This document shows, piece by piece, positions 52,585-64,000 of a stretch of DNA of 64,000 nucleotides. Origin of the DNA: Camelus ferus (lineage: Eukaryota); assembly GCF_009834535.1 (NCBI RefSeq), contig NC_045707.1:62622001-62686000 (forward strand), given 5' to 3'. The position numbers and the translations under genes were made by a program. The notes under the pieces were generated by a model that was given only the letters and a program-made list of their open reading frames with translations, made no database searches and had not been told where the DNA came from. Positions within the stretch are counted from its first letter, which is position 1; each line of letters begins with the position of its first letter.

Positions 52585-53957
52585 GTTTCGTAAATAAAAT
52601 AATGTGTCTTTTTTTTTTTTCAGATTCCACATATAAGTGATATCATATGGTATTTTTCTTTCTCTTTCTGGCTTACTTCACTTAGAATGACAATCTCCAG
52701 GTCCATCCATGTTGCTGTAAATGACATTATTTTTATGGCTGAGTAGTATTCCATTGTATAAATATACCACAGCTTCTTTACCCAGTCATCTGTCAATGGA
52801 CATTTAGGCTGTTTCCATGTCTTGGCTATTGTAAATAGTGCTGCTATGATCATTGGGGTGCATGTATCTTTTTGAATTAAAGTTTCCTCTGGATATATGC
52901 CCAGAAGTGGGATTGCTGGATCATATTGTAAGTCTATTTTTAGTCTTTTGAGGAATCCCTATACTGTTTTCCATAACGGCTGAACCAAACTACATTCCTA
53001 ACAGCAGTGTAGGAGGTTCCCTTTTTTCCACACCTTCTCCAGCATTTATCATTTGTGGACTTTTGAATGATGGCCATTCTGACTGGTGTGAGGTGATACC
53101 TCATTGTAGTTTTGATTTGCGTTTCTCTGATAATTAATGATATTGAGAATTTTTCCATGTGCCTCTTGGCCATATCTTCATTGAAGAAATGCTTCTTTAG
53201 GTCTTCTGCTCACTTCTGGATTGGGTTGTTTGGTTTTTGCTATTAAGTTGTAAGAGCTGTTTACATATTCTGGAAATTAAGCCCTTGTCAGTCTCATCTT
53301 TTGCAAATATTTTCTCCCATTCTGTAGGCTGTCCTTTTGTTTTGCTTATGATTTCCTTTGCTGTGCAAAAGCTTATAAGTTTAATTTGGTCCCATTTGTT
53401 TATTTTTTCTTTTATTTCTATTGCCTGGGTAAACTGCCCTAGGACAACATTGCTAAGATTTATGTCAGATAATGTTCTGCCTTTGTTTTCTTCTAAGAGG
53501 TTTATAGTGTCTTGTCTTATATTAAATCTTTAAGCCCTGTTGAGTTTATTTTTGTTTTTGGTGTGAGGGAGTGTTCTAACGTCATTGATTTACATGCAGC
53601 TGTCCAGTTTTCCCACCATTTCCTGAAGAGACTGTCTTTACTCCATTGTATATTCTTGCTTCCTTTGTCAAGGATTAATTGACCAAAAGTCTGTGGGTTT
53701 ATTTCTGGGCTGTCTATTCTATTCCATTGATCCATAAGTCTGTTTTTGTACTAATGCCATCTGTTTTGATTACTGTAGCTCTATAGTATTGTCTGAAGTC
53801 TAGGAGGGTTATTCCTCCAGCTTCATTCTTTTTCTTCAGTCATGCTTTGGCAATTCTGGGTCTTTTGTGATTCCATATAAGTTTTAGGATTTGTTCTAGT
53901 TCTCTGAAAAATGTCCTGGATAATTTGATAGTGATTGCATTAAATCTGTAGACTGCC
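52585..53957 (-). mobile_element. Young L1 ORF2 C-terminal fragment (frameshifted)
   Basis: ORF track pieces [30 protein letters not shown] and IAALFTIAKTWKQPKCP...YTMEYYSAIK...ISLICGI are the L1 ORF2p C-terminus. Confidence 0.97.
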
Positions 53958-54455
53958 ATGGCTGTGCTATTTCATATCCCACCAGCAATGGATGAGAGTT
54001 CCTGCTATTCCCCATCCTTGTCAGCATTTGGTGCAGTGAGTATTCCAAGTTCTGGTAATTCCAGTAGGTGTGTGGGGTATCTCACTGCGGTTTTGACTTG
54101 CATTTCCCTGGTGACATATGATGTGGAGCATCTTTCCATGTGCTTATTTGCCATGGGCGTATCTTCTTTGATGAACTGTTGTTATGGCCTTTGGCCCATT
54201 TTTAAATTGGACTGTTTGTTTTCTTGTTTTCTTTTAAGAGTTCTTTGTATATTTTGGATAATAGTGTCCTTTGCAAATATTTCCTCCCACTCTGTGGATT
54301 GTCTTCTCATTGTCTTGATAGTGTCTCACAGAGCAGAATTTTTTAATTTTAAGAAAGTGGAGCTTGTCAATTACTTCTTTCATGGATTGTGCCTTTAGTT
54401 GTATCTAAAAAGCATTGCCATACCCACCTAGGTTTTCTCTTATCTTCTGGCAGTT

Positions 54456-55093
54456 TGTAATTTAGGTGCCTGACAGTTCTGTTTTGTTTTGTTTTTCAAT
54501 TGTAATGCAAGTGCCTGACTAAGTTTTTGATTGCCAAGGCATTTCCTTCAAAGATAACTATAAAAAGTAAACATACTGCCAGCCACAGGACTAGATAAAG
54601 AGCCAAGCTGCTCCATCCCCCGAAGTTCCTTTGTATTAGTGTTCTCTGGATGACTAAGATAACTGACAGGCCTTTTTTTTTTTTTTTTTTTTTTTCCATC
54701 CCATGCTTTAATTCCTGCTCTTGTGTTTTAAATTCACCAATACTGAGTGAACCTGAAAAAGTCTAGACTCCCCCACACCCTTAACCCCAATAGAAGCAGA
54801 ATCCCAGTCCTGCAACATCTCTGTCTCTCCCTGTGACCTTGCTGTGTTCCAGACATGATGTTCATTCTACAGGACCTCTGAGTAATAAACTTTGCTTTTT
54901 TGTTGAAGTTTCCTGATGGTTATTGCTGAAGGTCTTTTGAAATCATAATAAGGACCATGAGGACCAGTCCAGCCACAGCATTAGTGCTGAAAGGGGAAAT
55001 GTGTGTGGGGACTCACTCACGGACCAGGTGAGTGCCCCCAAGCATTTCTAGCCAATAGCATCACTAGTGATAGGCTGAGACTGGCACAAAACA
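54456..55093 (+). mobile_element. Unclassified ERV solo LTR nested in L1MC
   Basis: TG...CA ends (tgtaattt...caaaaca) and an internal aataaa near 54884. 5-bp degenerate TSD cagtt / gaatt. The L1 reads through (tatcttctgg-gagtt-ttatagtttt) when it is removed. Confidence 0.8.
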
Positions 55094-56684
55094 GAATTTT
55101 ATAGTTTTCCAATTCCATTTAGGTCTATGATCCATTTTGACTTAAATTTTGTGATAGGTGTAAGGTCTGTGTCTAGATTCATTTTTTTGCATATAGATGT
55201 CCAGTTGTTGAGAAGACTAACTTTATCCCCATCATATTACCTTTACTCCTTTGTCAAAGATGTGTTGACTGTATTTATATAATCTATATCAAGGCTTTTT
55301 ATTTTGTTCCATGGATCTATTTGCCTGCTTTTTTGCCAATAACACACTTTCTTGATTACTGCAGATTTATAGTAAATCTTAAAGTCAGGTAGTGTCACAC
55401 CTCAAACTTTGTTCTTTTCCTTCAGTATTGTATTTGCTATTCTGATCTTTTGCCTCTCCATGTAAACTCTACACTCCATTTACCAATGTCCACAAAATAA
55501 TTTAATGGGATTTTGACTGAGATTACATTGACTCTATAGATGATGTTAGACAGAACTGACATCTTGACAGGGTTGTGTCTTCCTATTTATGAATGTGGAA
55601 TATCTCTCCATTTGTTTAGTTCTTCAATTTTTATGCTTTTGAGTGCAGGAAAAAAACTGTGACACATATTAAAGGGCAAATTTTAGCTTTTCCTTATCAA
55701 GTATAGCTTAATTGAACTCACTGTTTTCCTATGTTATGCTGCATCTGAGATCCAATGAGTACTCTATCCATTTAGTGCCATCTAAGCCATGATTCTAGTT
55801 ATTGTAAAAAAAAAAAAGTAGTAGAGTTTGTCTTTACCATTTGATTAAAGCTTCTCATTTGGGTATTTAATTATTAATCTATTATGAACCAATTACTTAA
55901 GTTTAGGTTGATGGCTATAAGAAAACCTTACATAAAAGTCGTATTTTTTAAAATAATCATTGGTGGAAGAAGGTATATCTTTAGGTATTATAAGATGCAC
56001 CAAACTTTCTGTAATGTACCTAAATAAATATTTTCCCCACTGACAATTGCTTATTATATGCAAAAGCAAGAGATGGACATCATTAATAAAGCATCCAAAA
56101 TATGTAAGAATGTTAAAAAAATATATGCAGGGTATTATAAATTTCGATTTGACCAAAGGAATCATAGATATTTTTGCCATCATGAGAGACCTTAAATATA
56201 ATTTACTTGAAAGTTTCTTATATTACAAATGAATTTTGAAACTAAATCCCAGAAAGATGATATCATGTATCAAGATGGTTCCATCTATCATTGTTTAACC
56301 AAGATTTAATGTCCTCAAATGTTTAATAAAAATTATTTGTAACATTGTTGATTATTGATTTCTAATTGTGTTTCTGCATAATGTAAAGGAGAAAAATATG
56401 AAGACACTTTGACTAAAAAAATCCATGAGAGCAGAAACCCCTTTTAAACCAGATAGTCTCCATCCCATAGCCCAGTACCTTTAAAACTTATTCCCCGTTA
56501 GGATAAGCAATAAACGTGTAGTAGAAATGACTATTTTTAAGAGATAAGATTTTAAGATTAAAATGCTCAACTCCACTAGTTGTTTTCAGATAGTCACTTA
56601 TAGATTATTATGACTTCCATTTTGTACATAAAAAAATGAGAAGTAAGGCAATTTTAGAATTTTGTTATAGAATATAGCCCAACC

Positions 56685-56891
56685 CAGTGATGTACTGGTA
56701 AATGCTTAAAATGTTATGGATTTGGGTAGGGTGGAGTGAAGTGGCTCTGTTATTTGCCAGTTTCCACGGTTTACACCAAACATGGCTTATTTTCAGCTAG
56801 CAACATGCTGAACTAGCCAGTAAAATCCTTGAAAATTTAACATCAGCACTAGAGATACAGTATGACTAATTTCTATTACACTATACCACTG
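56685..56891 (+). mobile_element. MER63A-like hAT MITE
   Basis: TIR-like ends cagtgatgtactggtaaatg ... tataccactg. 8-bp TSD with one mismatch: gcccaacc / acccaacc. Confidence 0.88.
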
Positions 56892-58399
56892 ACCCAACCC
56901 TTTCATGATGCAAAAATGTGTCTTCTAATAAAATATTCCTCATTCATGGATTGATCTAATGTATATATAAGAGAATATTTTTAATGTGTAAAATATTTTA
57001 CGAAGCTTCGTCATCAATGACTTTTTATTAATAATTACATAAATTAGCTATATGTTTCCTTACACTAGCTTGTTACAAACACACAATTTTGAAAACAATG
57101 TATGAACTCATATTTATTCTTTAAGCATCATAATTTTTAAGCATCACAATTTAATCTAAAAATTTAAGGAAAAAGGGAATGAAGTGGCTAGTCTATGGTT
57201 AAGAAACCATTGTTATTTCTTTAATAGTTTGTGATAAATTTTGTGGGACCTTTTAAATAGAGTTGTGGAAATTGCTGTCTTTTTTATGACATGGGGTAAA
57301 AGTGACTTCAAATACATTCTTAAACACAGCAAGTGACTTGAAATATTTATGTTTATAGATAAACGTACACTATCTTGCACTTACTGGGATAGAACTTAGA
57401 GTGGCATCTCGTTTTAAAAAACTCATCAGATTTGGGATTTTCAGACTGAAAGTGAAAGTAGTTTAGCAGCTCTGTTAGGATTAGAAAATTTGGCATTGCT
57501 TTTCCATTAGGATTAGCTGTCAACCATCAGCTGTAATACTAGAAAAATCACAGTTCTACTCTGAGCAAGCCCAGAAGATGATGCCAAGAAGTTACTATCA
57601 GGTTCTATCCAGGTGTGCAGAACCAGAGAACTTCGCAAGGAGGCAGAAGCCTCTCTGCTGGGTGTTCGGCATGAACAAGTTTGCGTTACACTTTATTTTG
57701 ATCTAACTTACTTCATTGAATGAAACACTCTAAGGTTTTTCACTTCTCTGTATCTAAATTTGGCTCCTTTGCAGATAGAAACATCCAAGAGGGACAGTGT
57801 TTGTCTTTGTAAATATAGAAAGAGTCCCCGTAAACAAAGATACCGTTACTGGTTAGGCTTCTGAGATTTGAAACTCAGTATCTGCTTAAAATATTCACCA
57901 TGTGACTCAGAGAGGAAATTTTATTCTAATATTATATTAAACGATATACAAGTATTTATGTAAATACATAAACTTCTGTATCAATTTATATGTCTACATG
58001 TATATAAACATATATATACCAGTGTATGTCTATACATTAGGATGCATTTTCCATGGCTAATTTTTACCCAGCAAGCATTTGCTGAGTATTTAGAACTTTC
58101 AAAACATTGTGCTAGGAGTGAAAGGAAAATAAAAGTGAATAACACACTCAGGAAAAAAGGGAAGTTGCTTTCTAGTAGAGAAGACAGGCATATACTTGGG
58201 AAATGAAATTGATATGTGAGGCAGACGGAAGAACAAGAGACGCACAGAGCATCAAATGGCCAGACTAGAACCCAATTTATTTAACATCCCAACTCAGCAG
58301 ATCGTGGGTAAGGAATTCTATTAAGTCTGGTAAGGGTAAAGTGAAAAGTTTATGCTTAAATCCTTTTCTAGAGAGACCCTTCACCAGATAAGAGATAAA

Positions 58400-58720
58400 A
58401 GTTCTTGGAGGGAAATTATATAATACCTATCAATTCTTAAATGTACATTTGATTTAGCAAATTTACCTCTAGAAACTCCCTTCAGCCAAAAAAAAAATAA
58501 TAATCAGGAAAAATAGCATGTTTTCCCTCCTGAGGATACCCTCAAAATGACGTTGTTACAATATGATAAAATTAGAAACCACTTATTTAACTTTTTGAAA
58601 GAGGAAAATTGTTAAGTGACATATGTTAAACCATACAAAAGAATTAGCTGAAAAAAGCCAATGATTTTGTTTAAAACTGTGCCTAATATTATGAAAAAAT
58701 GTTTTCAATAGATTATCAGT
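58400..58720 (+). mobile_element. L1ME 3' fragment
   Basis: tttgatttagcaaatttacctctagaa...aaaattagaaaccac resembles the ORF2 end. Confidence 0.5.
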
Positions 58721-61700
58721 ATAGATTAGTGTCTGACACGGAGTCAGCTTTCTACTTGCTCTTCTAAGAATGCCTTAGAAATAGATGCATTTGAAAAGAG
58801 TTTGTTTAAATTTGAACCAAAATGCTACCTACTGATTTTTTTTTTCACTTCTGATGGATATTAGTTACCACATACGTGCATTGGGGTTTACCATCTCAAA
58901 CGTAGTATTTCACAATGTATATCTATTTTGGTAGTTAATTGGAACCCATAGTGATGTGGGTTCTATGTGATTACAAAATCAAACCATAAGTGTACGTAGG
59001 AAATACCTGCCAGATCATAGTGGTTATCCTGCACCTGTAACGTGACTGTGTGTGAGGGGAATGAAAGCACTCTAAATTCAGATCAGATTTTTCACTACAG
59101 TCAGTTGATTATTTAGAGTTAAGCACGGTAGGAAGAAGGTAGCCTTAGGTAAGTAGTATGTCACATCTCCTGTTTAGATTGTTAGAATTTTCAAGTACTG
59201 AATAAACTGTAATTGAAGTTGTGACTAACCTCTTTCATTCTCCTAAAACAAACAAGCAAAAATCTCTCTTGAAACTGCCTTCCTCAATTTTGTACCTTTT
59301 CACGCTCTCCAAGGCTTTGCTTTTCTCTTGGTTGTTTCTCTCAGCACCGTTAAGTCCTCAAGTTGCTTCAGTGAAGGGAGAATATAAAGCAGCAACGCTT
59401 AGCAACATAATAGATTGGTTCATTATTATTTGTTGCCTCAGATGATATTTGCAAGTTTCGCAAAGTGTTTCCTTTTTCGTTTGTTAATGCATATTTCTAT
59501 TGCCCTAGGGCCTCCTTTATACAAATGGCCCTCTGGCTTTCCTGCTACTGCAGATCAGACTTTCCCTAAATGTCATCAATGCCTTAACTGCATGCCAAAC
59601 AAATATGTTTATCTGGCACAGACATAAAACAATGTCAAAAGAAAATATCTGGTGATGTTGATAAGTTAATTTGTCACTCTCTAAATATTTATGCACCCTC
59701 CAAAGCATATGCAAACACAAGCTTAATTTAAAGACATAGTTGACCTACTGTTCCTTTTGCAGAAAAGCCCTAAAATGAAGGTCCAGCATAAATTAGTCAA
59801 TGGAATTTGCCTGCATTTGTGTTTAGTGCCCTTTAATATGTTGAGTTTTATCCAGATTCTCTATGACTTTGACCACTAAAGTTGGGTATCTCTGATCTAA
59901 GATCAAAGCAAGACTTTTGCTGCAGCTATTGAAAATACTCTTCCGCAGCTTTCTAAAATGTTACATTCAGAAAACATCTGGCCAAGGCTAGTTTTTCTTC
60001 CCTTCTATATATTTTTTATCACCTCAACTATCTTCACTTTCTTCAAGATAGAAAGGATAAGATTCAAGGGCGACCTGCTAGCAGGGGAATGTGGGATGGA
60101 GTCAGAGACAGTCAGGAGTTAGTAGGCTCCTTTCAAAGCAACAGAACCTGAGCTACCTTCTTCCATTTAATCTACTTCTCCTCTAGCTTGGTATCCTTAC
60201 TACTGCATTTAAAACGGGACAATACCTATCAGATAATTGCCCCTAATTAGAAGGTCCCTGGTATACATAATGTTTCCAATTCTTCTCGTCAATAGCTTCT
60301 GTACCTCTAGCTGGTCTTTTAGGTGACCCCTTTAAGCAGCATAACTGAGGCTTCACAGTTAGGAGTCTTGTTCAGCCTGATTAATTAAGTGCCATTTTTC
60401 TTCTGGGAGGAAATTAGCTGTTTAGATAAATATATTAATTGAGTGTTTGTTTCCGTTTAATGTGATCATACACAGAATCCCTTGGCACAGTTATACCTTG
60501 TTCCAAAACCCTCTTTTAAATATTTCTTTTAGGTTTTTCAGTCATCTTGGGAAGACACCTATAATTTCCTCATCCAAAATAATTTAGAATATGCATCTCT
60601 TCCAAATTTGCTGCAGGCTTACCAGCTTTATATTACTTCTTGGCTTTGAAGTAATTTCAGGAGACTGTTGATCGCAGGGTGATTCTGTACGCAGCCATTC
60701 ATACAAAGCAGGACTGGCTCAGTTTCCTCAGCTTATTGAAGTTTGGTGACTGCTATTACTGATGAGTCCATCTTTATCCCCCAGGGGAGGCACGTCACAG
60801 ACACGACACTAAAAGAAATAGCAAGTACAAAGATGAATATGACATGATCCTTGCCCTCAACAGAAATAAACCACAAATAACATGAAATATGTGGAACGTG
60901 CATTAAGAGGGGAAGAAAAATGTTCCACAGGAGCACCACTGAACGTTATAAACTTGGACAGGTATGTGAGAAGGAGAGTGTGATAACTGCATTCAAACTG
61001 CAGTGAAGGATGTGCAATTTAATGGCATGATGAAGAAACAGCCAAAATCTTAGTTTGGCTAAAATGCCTTCCCTGAGCACCTAAGTGTATACAATAACCA
61101 GCAAAGGTGAACTGTACATTTGGACAAAGGTTCTGGAAAACTTTTAACCGCTATCTGGGAAGTTTGAATTTTAGTATGCAGTGGAAGTCTTAGAAGATGT
61201 TCAAGCTGGAAAGAGGTATGTTCAGAACTGTGATGAGGGAGATAATCTACTGACATCCTAATCTGTCTTTGGCAACATCAAGGGAAAGTTTCCTGAACAA
61301 CGGCCATACTTGCTTCACCCACCTGTCCTTTATTCATTGCACCATTCGAACATTCACAAAACATCTACTAGGAACCTAATGCTGAATTAGTAATATAGTA
61401 TCAGTTCCTTAATCTGACAGATATACTGTGTGCATTACCATGATATACAAAGATGAATCGGATATGATACTATCATTCATAGTTCACAACACAGGATGAG
61501 AAAGGACATAAATAATTATAGAGCGAATTTCAGCAGAGGTAGAGGATCAGGGAAAGATTCACGAGAAGGTAGCGTAAGCCCTGGACTCAAATAAGTTATG
61601 TCTTTATAAGATTTACTTTGCAGGTTTTTTTTAAGGAGAAACAGACATATCTAGAAAAAAAACTTGATTTTAGGGATTCTAGGTTAATCTACCACCCCAA

Positions 61701-63524
61701 AAGTACCTGCTAAAAAGTATAAAAGTCCCTGTTTTGCTTTTAGAGAAGAATCCCATTGAATTATCTCAAAGTACTTCAGCAGCATTTGCTCTGTTTGAGT
61801 GCAGTTTGTAATGGGTCAGGAAAAAAATGTGATTCACCAACATTTTATAATCTTAGTGTAAAATTAGTTTATCAGGTCATATTTTTCCCTAAAAGTAATT
61901 TAAGATGAGAAGAAATTGAAATTTTGCTAACATAAAGATGCCAAAAGGTAATGGAGCTCTCAGCAACAAGATCAGGAAGATGATGCAGTGAGTGAGCCTA
62001 AAGGCTAGCGGATGTTTGAAGGTGATGGAATATCTAGTCAGGCACCGGGTATTTGAAATTTGGGAGGAAAGGTCACTTAAAGGTGGAAACAGGTTGGTCC
62101 TGGAAAGAAAACTAAGTCAACCTCCTGGTTTTGCTTATCACTGGTCCTACTCAGGACTGATAGTACTGGGCATTAAAATTCTGGTTCTAATTCAAACTCA
62201 CATGGTACCTAAGATTTACATAGTACTTCCTGGTAAATATTCTGGTTCTATTCCAAAGTCATATTTAAACTAAATTCTTCATGTAAAAACCACTCAAATT
62301 TAAGAAGAAAAAGCAATTTTTAAAGAACAACTGTCTCTCTGATGAAATCACAATATTTTTTCTCTTTGAATTTTTTATTTGGTTTGAAGAAATTATAAAG
62401 CTGATTACAAGTTAAATGGCTTTAGAGTTTTTTAGTCCATCCTTTTTTTTTTTTTTGAGATTGGCTCATTTCACTGTTTCACAGATGACTGAAGCCCTTG
62501 TGGTTACTGGGTCTCATCCATCTTATTTTGGGTTGACTTTGTGAATCTCACTCATTTAGAGTAGATGGCCGTAGGAGTAAGTAGAATCTGGGAACAAAGG
62601 TCTCACACTGGATAGGCATGTGACACCTAAAAGCCAATTTGACAGAAATGAAAGGAGACAGTTTTGGAAGTGATAGATAGGACAAATAAGGCACATCTTA
62701 TGAGTTGGCAAAGAAAACATTCAGTTTCAGTTGCAGTGCAAATAGCATCGATGCATGTTTTCAGAAAGTCATAGTCTTAATGAATTCATGCATGTCAGCA
62801 TCATTGTAAACATATTTGGTTTCGTGTATGTGTGTGTTTAGAGTTAAATTTTTCCGAAATCATCACCCCTGCTCCCCTTCCGTATTAGTCCAAACTTTAA
62901 CTTCCATCTCTTTAACAAGCCTGTTTTTCTCCTTTCATCTCTCTGACTCGAGTATTTCTTGATTGTGCCTCTTTGGTTTTGTGTTTTACACTTAGCACTC
63001 ATTTGATGCTTTTAATCTTCAAAGCTCCTGAGAACATTACCTAATTAATCCTCCCACAATCCTTACAGTCATGTAAGGAAATTCATTACTAGAATTTCTA
63101 CTTTCATATGTGAAGAAAAAATAAGGCAAGTTAAATGACTTACAAAAGAAAAATCTCAAAAAGTGAGTTCCCGCCTGCACTGAAACTCTTACGCTCAGTC
63201 ACATTGCTCCTGTATCTTCCTTTTCGTATAACCTTTCTGGTGTTCTTTGTTATAATGTACTTACTTTGATATTGTACATTTTACTTATTCATATTTCAGT
63301 CTCTCACAAAGAAGACTGAATTTCCTTCTTTTAATAATAAGCTTTCTGTTAATTTTCCATTTTCCATTTTCTCAATACTTGTTTTTGGCTTTTCCTATAT
63401 TTGTGTTTATTTGTAATTTTATAACCCTTTTACAGCCTCATCCATAATATTTTCAACATATTATGCAATTTTACTTTAATGCAAGACTTAATTAGATCGC
63501 CCATGATTATAATGAAAAAAGCAA

Positions 63525-63740
63525 CAGCTTTAAAAGTCCTAAGTTCAGATTGAATGCTGACTTCTCCATTTGCTCCAATAGGTTAGTCAAATAAATTAAT
63601 GTCTCTGATATATGATATTCTTATCTACATATTAGAAAATAGAATGTATATTTCACTGGACTGCTGTGAGGATAAAAGAGATGACACATTCAAGCACCCA
63701 GCAGAGCACCTGCACACAGTTGTTTCAGCTCTTCTTTCTT
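63525..63740 (+). mobile_element. MIR SINE
   Basis: ggactgctgtgaggataaaagagatgacac...cagcagagcacctgcacacag. Confidence 0.7.
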
Positions 63741-63774
63741 TTCTTTTTACTCTCCCAGTACTTTGTTAAAAATT

Positions 63775-64000
63775 TAAGTATCTTAAAAAGTTAAGATCTT
63801 AACTGTCCAATTTTATGATTTTTAACAAATGTATATAACTGTGTAACCATCACACACCTCAAGATACAGGACTTTTCTATCCTGTGTCTTCAAGGTTTCT
63901 TAATGACTGTTTCCAGTCAGTACCTCCCCCAAAGTGACAAGTGTTGTGAGTTTCACCATCCATTAGTCCTGGGTATTCCAGAACCTCACATGAACAGAAT
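63775..64000 (-). mobile_element. L1M 3' end, runs off the window
   Basis: tttaacaaatgtatataactgtgtaaccatcac...caagatacaggacttttctatc...ttccagaacctcacatgaacagaat. Confidence 0.8.

Larger units (their letters stand above)
52055..55630 (-). mobile_element. L1MC1-like element in three pieces (52055-52560, 53958-54455, 55094-55630)
   Basis: The 3' end gagcagtttcagaatcacagcaaaattgag...aacctacattgacatatcataatcac is L1MC1-type. Antisense L1 sequence resumes after each of the two nested insertions. Confidence 0.88.

Noticed and set aside
53958..54398. Longest ORF (146 aa)
   Set aside because: It is the antisense frame of L1MC ORF2 sequence.
17040..55630. Inferring a plus-strand host gene from the minus-strand bias of long L1s
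   Set aside because: Too few independent insertions, and the LTRs show the opposite bias.
57000..57011. Palindrome acgaagcttcgt
   Set aside because: A 12-bp palindrome is expected by chance in 64 kb.
1..64000. ORF-track entries as genes
   Set aside because: All are 146 aa or shorter, many lie in repeats or have low-complexity F/L/I-rich composition, and none resembles a host protein I know. Only the L1 ORF2 pieces are clearly coding-derived.

Overview
AT-rich, CpG-depleted mammalian non-coding DNA (gene desert or large intron). It is most likely camelid: there are two tRNA-derived Vic-1-type SINEs and a cetartiodactyl-type young L1 3' UTR, and I saw no Alu, B1, Bov-tA or PRE-1 elements. I recognise no host protein-coding gene. 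The only clearly protein-derived ORFs are broken L1 ORF2 pieces at 52.6-53.7 kb. Much of the window is decayed transposable elements: L1 of several ages, L2, MIR, MaLR/ERVL LTRs, an unclassified solo LTR, and hAT and Tigger MITEs. The best-supported unusual structures are: (1) a tailless U2 snRNA nt 1-33 retrocopy with a target-site duplication; (2) a young L1 truncated at both ends, lacking tail and TSD, capped by a 22-bp inverted copy of its own ORF2 and sitting in an apparent deletion of an older L1MC; (3) a nested solo LTR; (4) an isolated Tigger terminus; (5) perfect short tandem duplications. Several repeat-free, CpG-retaining blocks carry strong splice sites and TF-motif clusters and may be enhancers or lncRNA exons, which is inference only. 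I found no convincing evidence of a novel multi-gene system. Repeat family names come from recalled consensus similarity, not from a database search.
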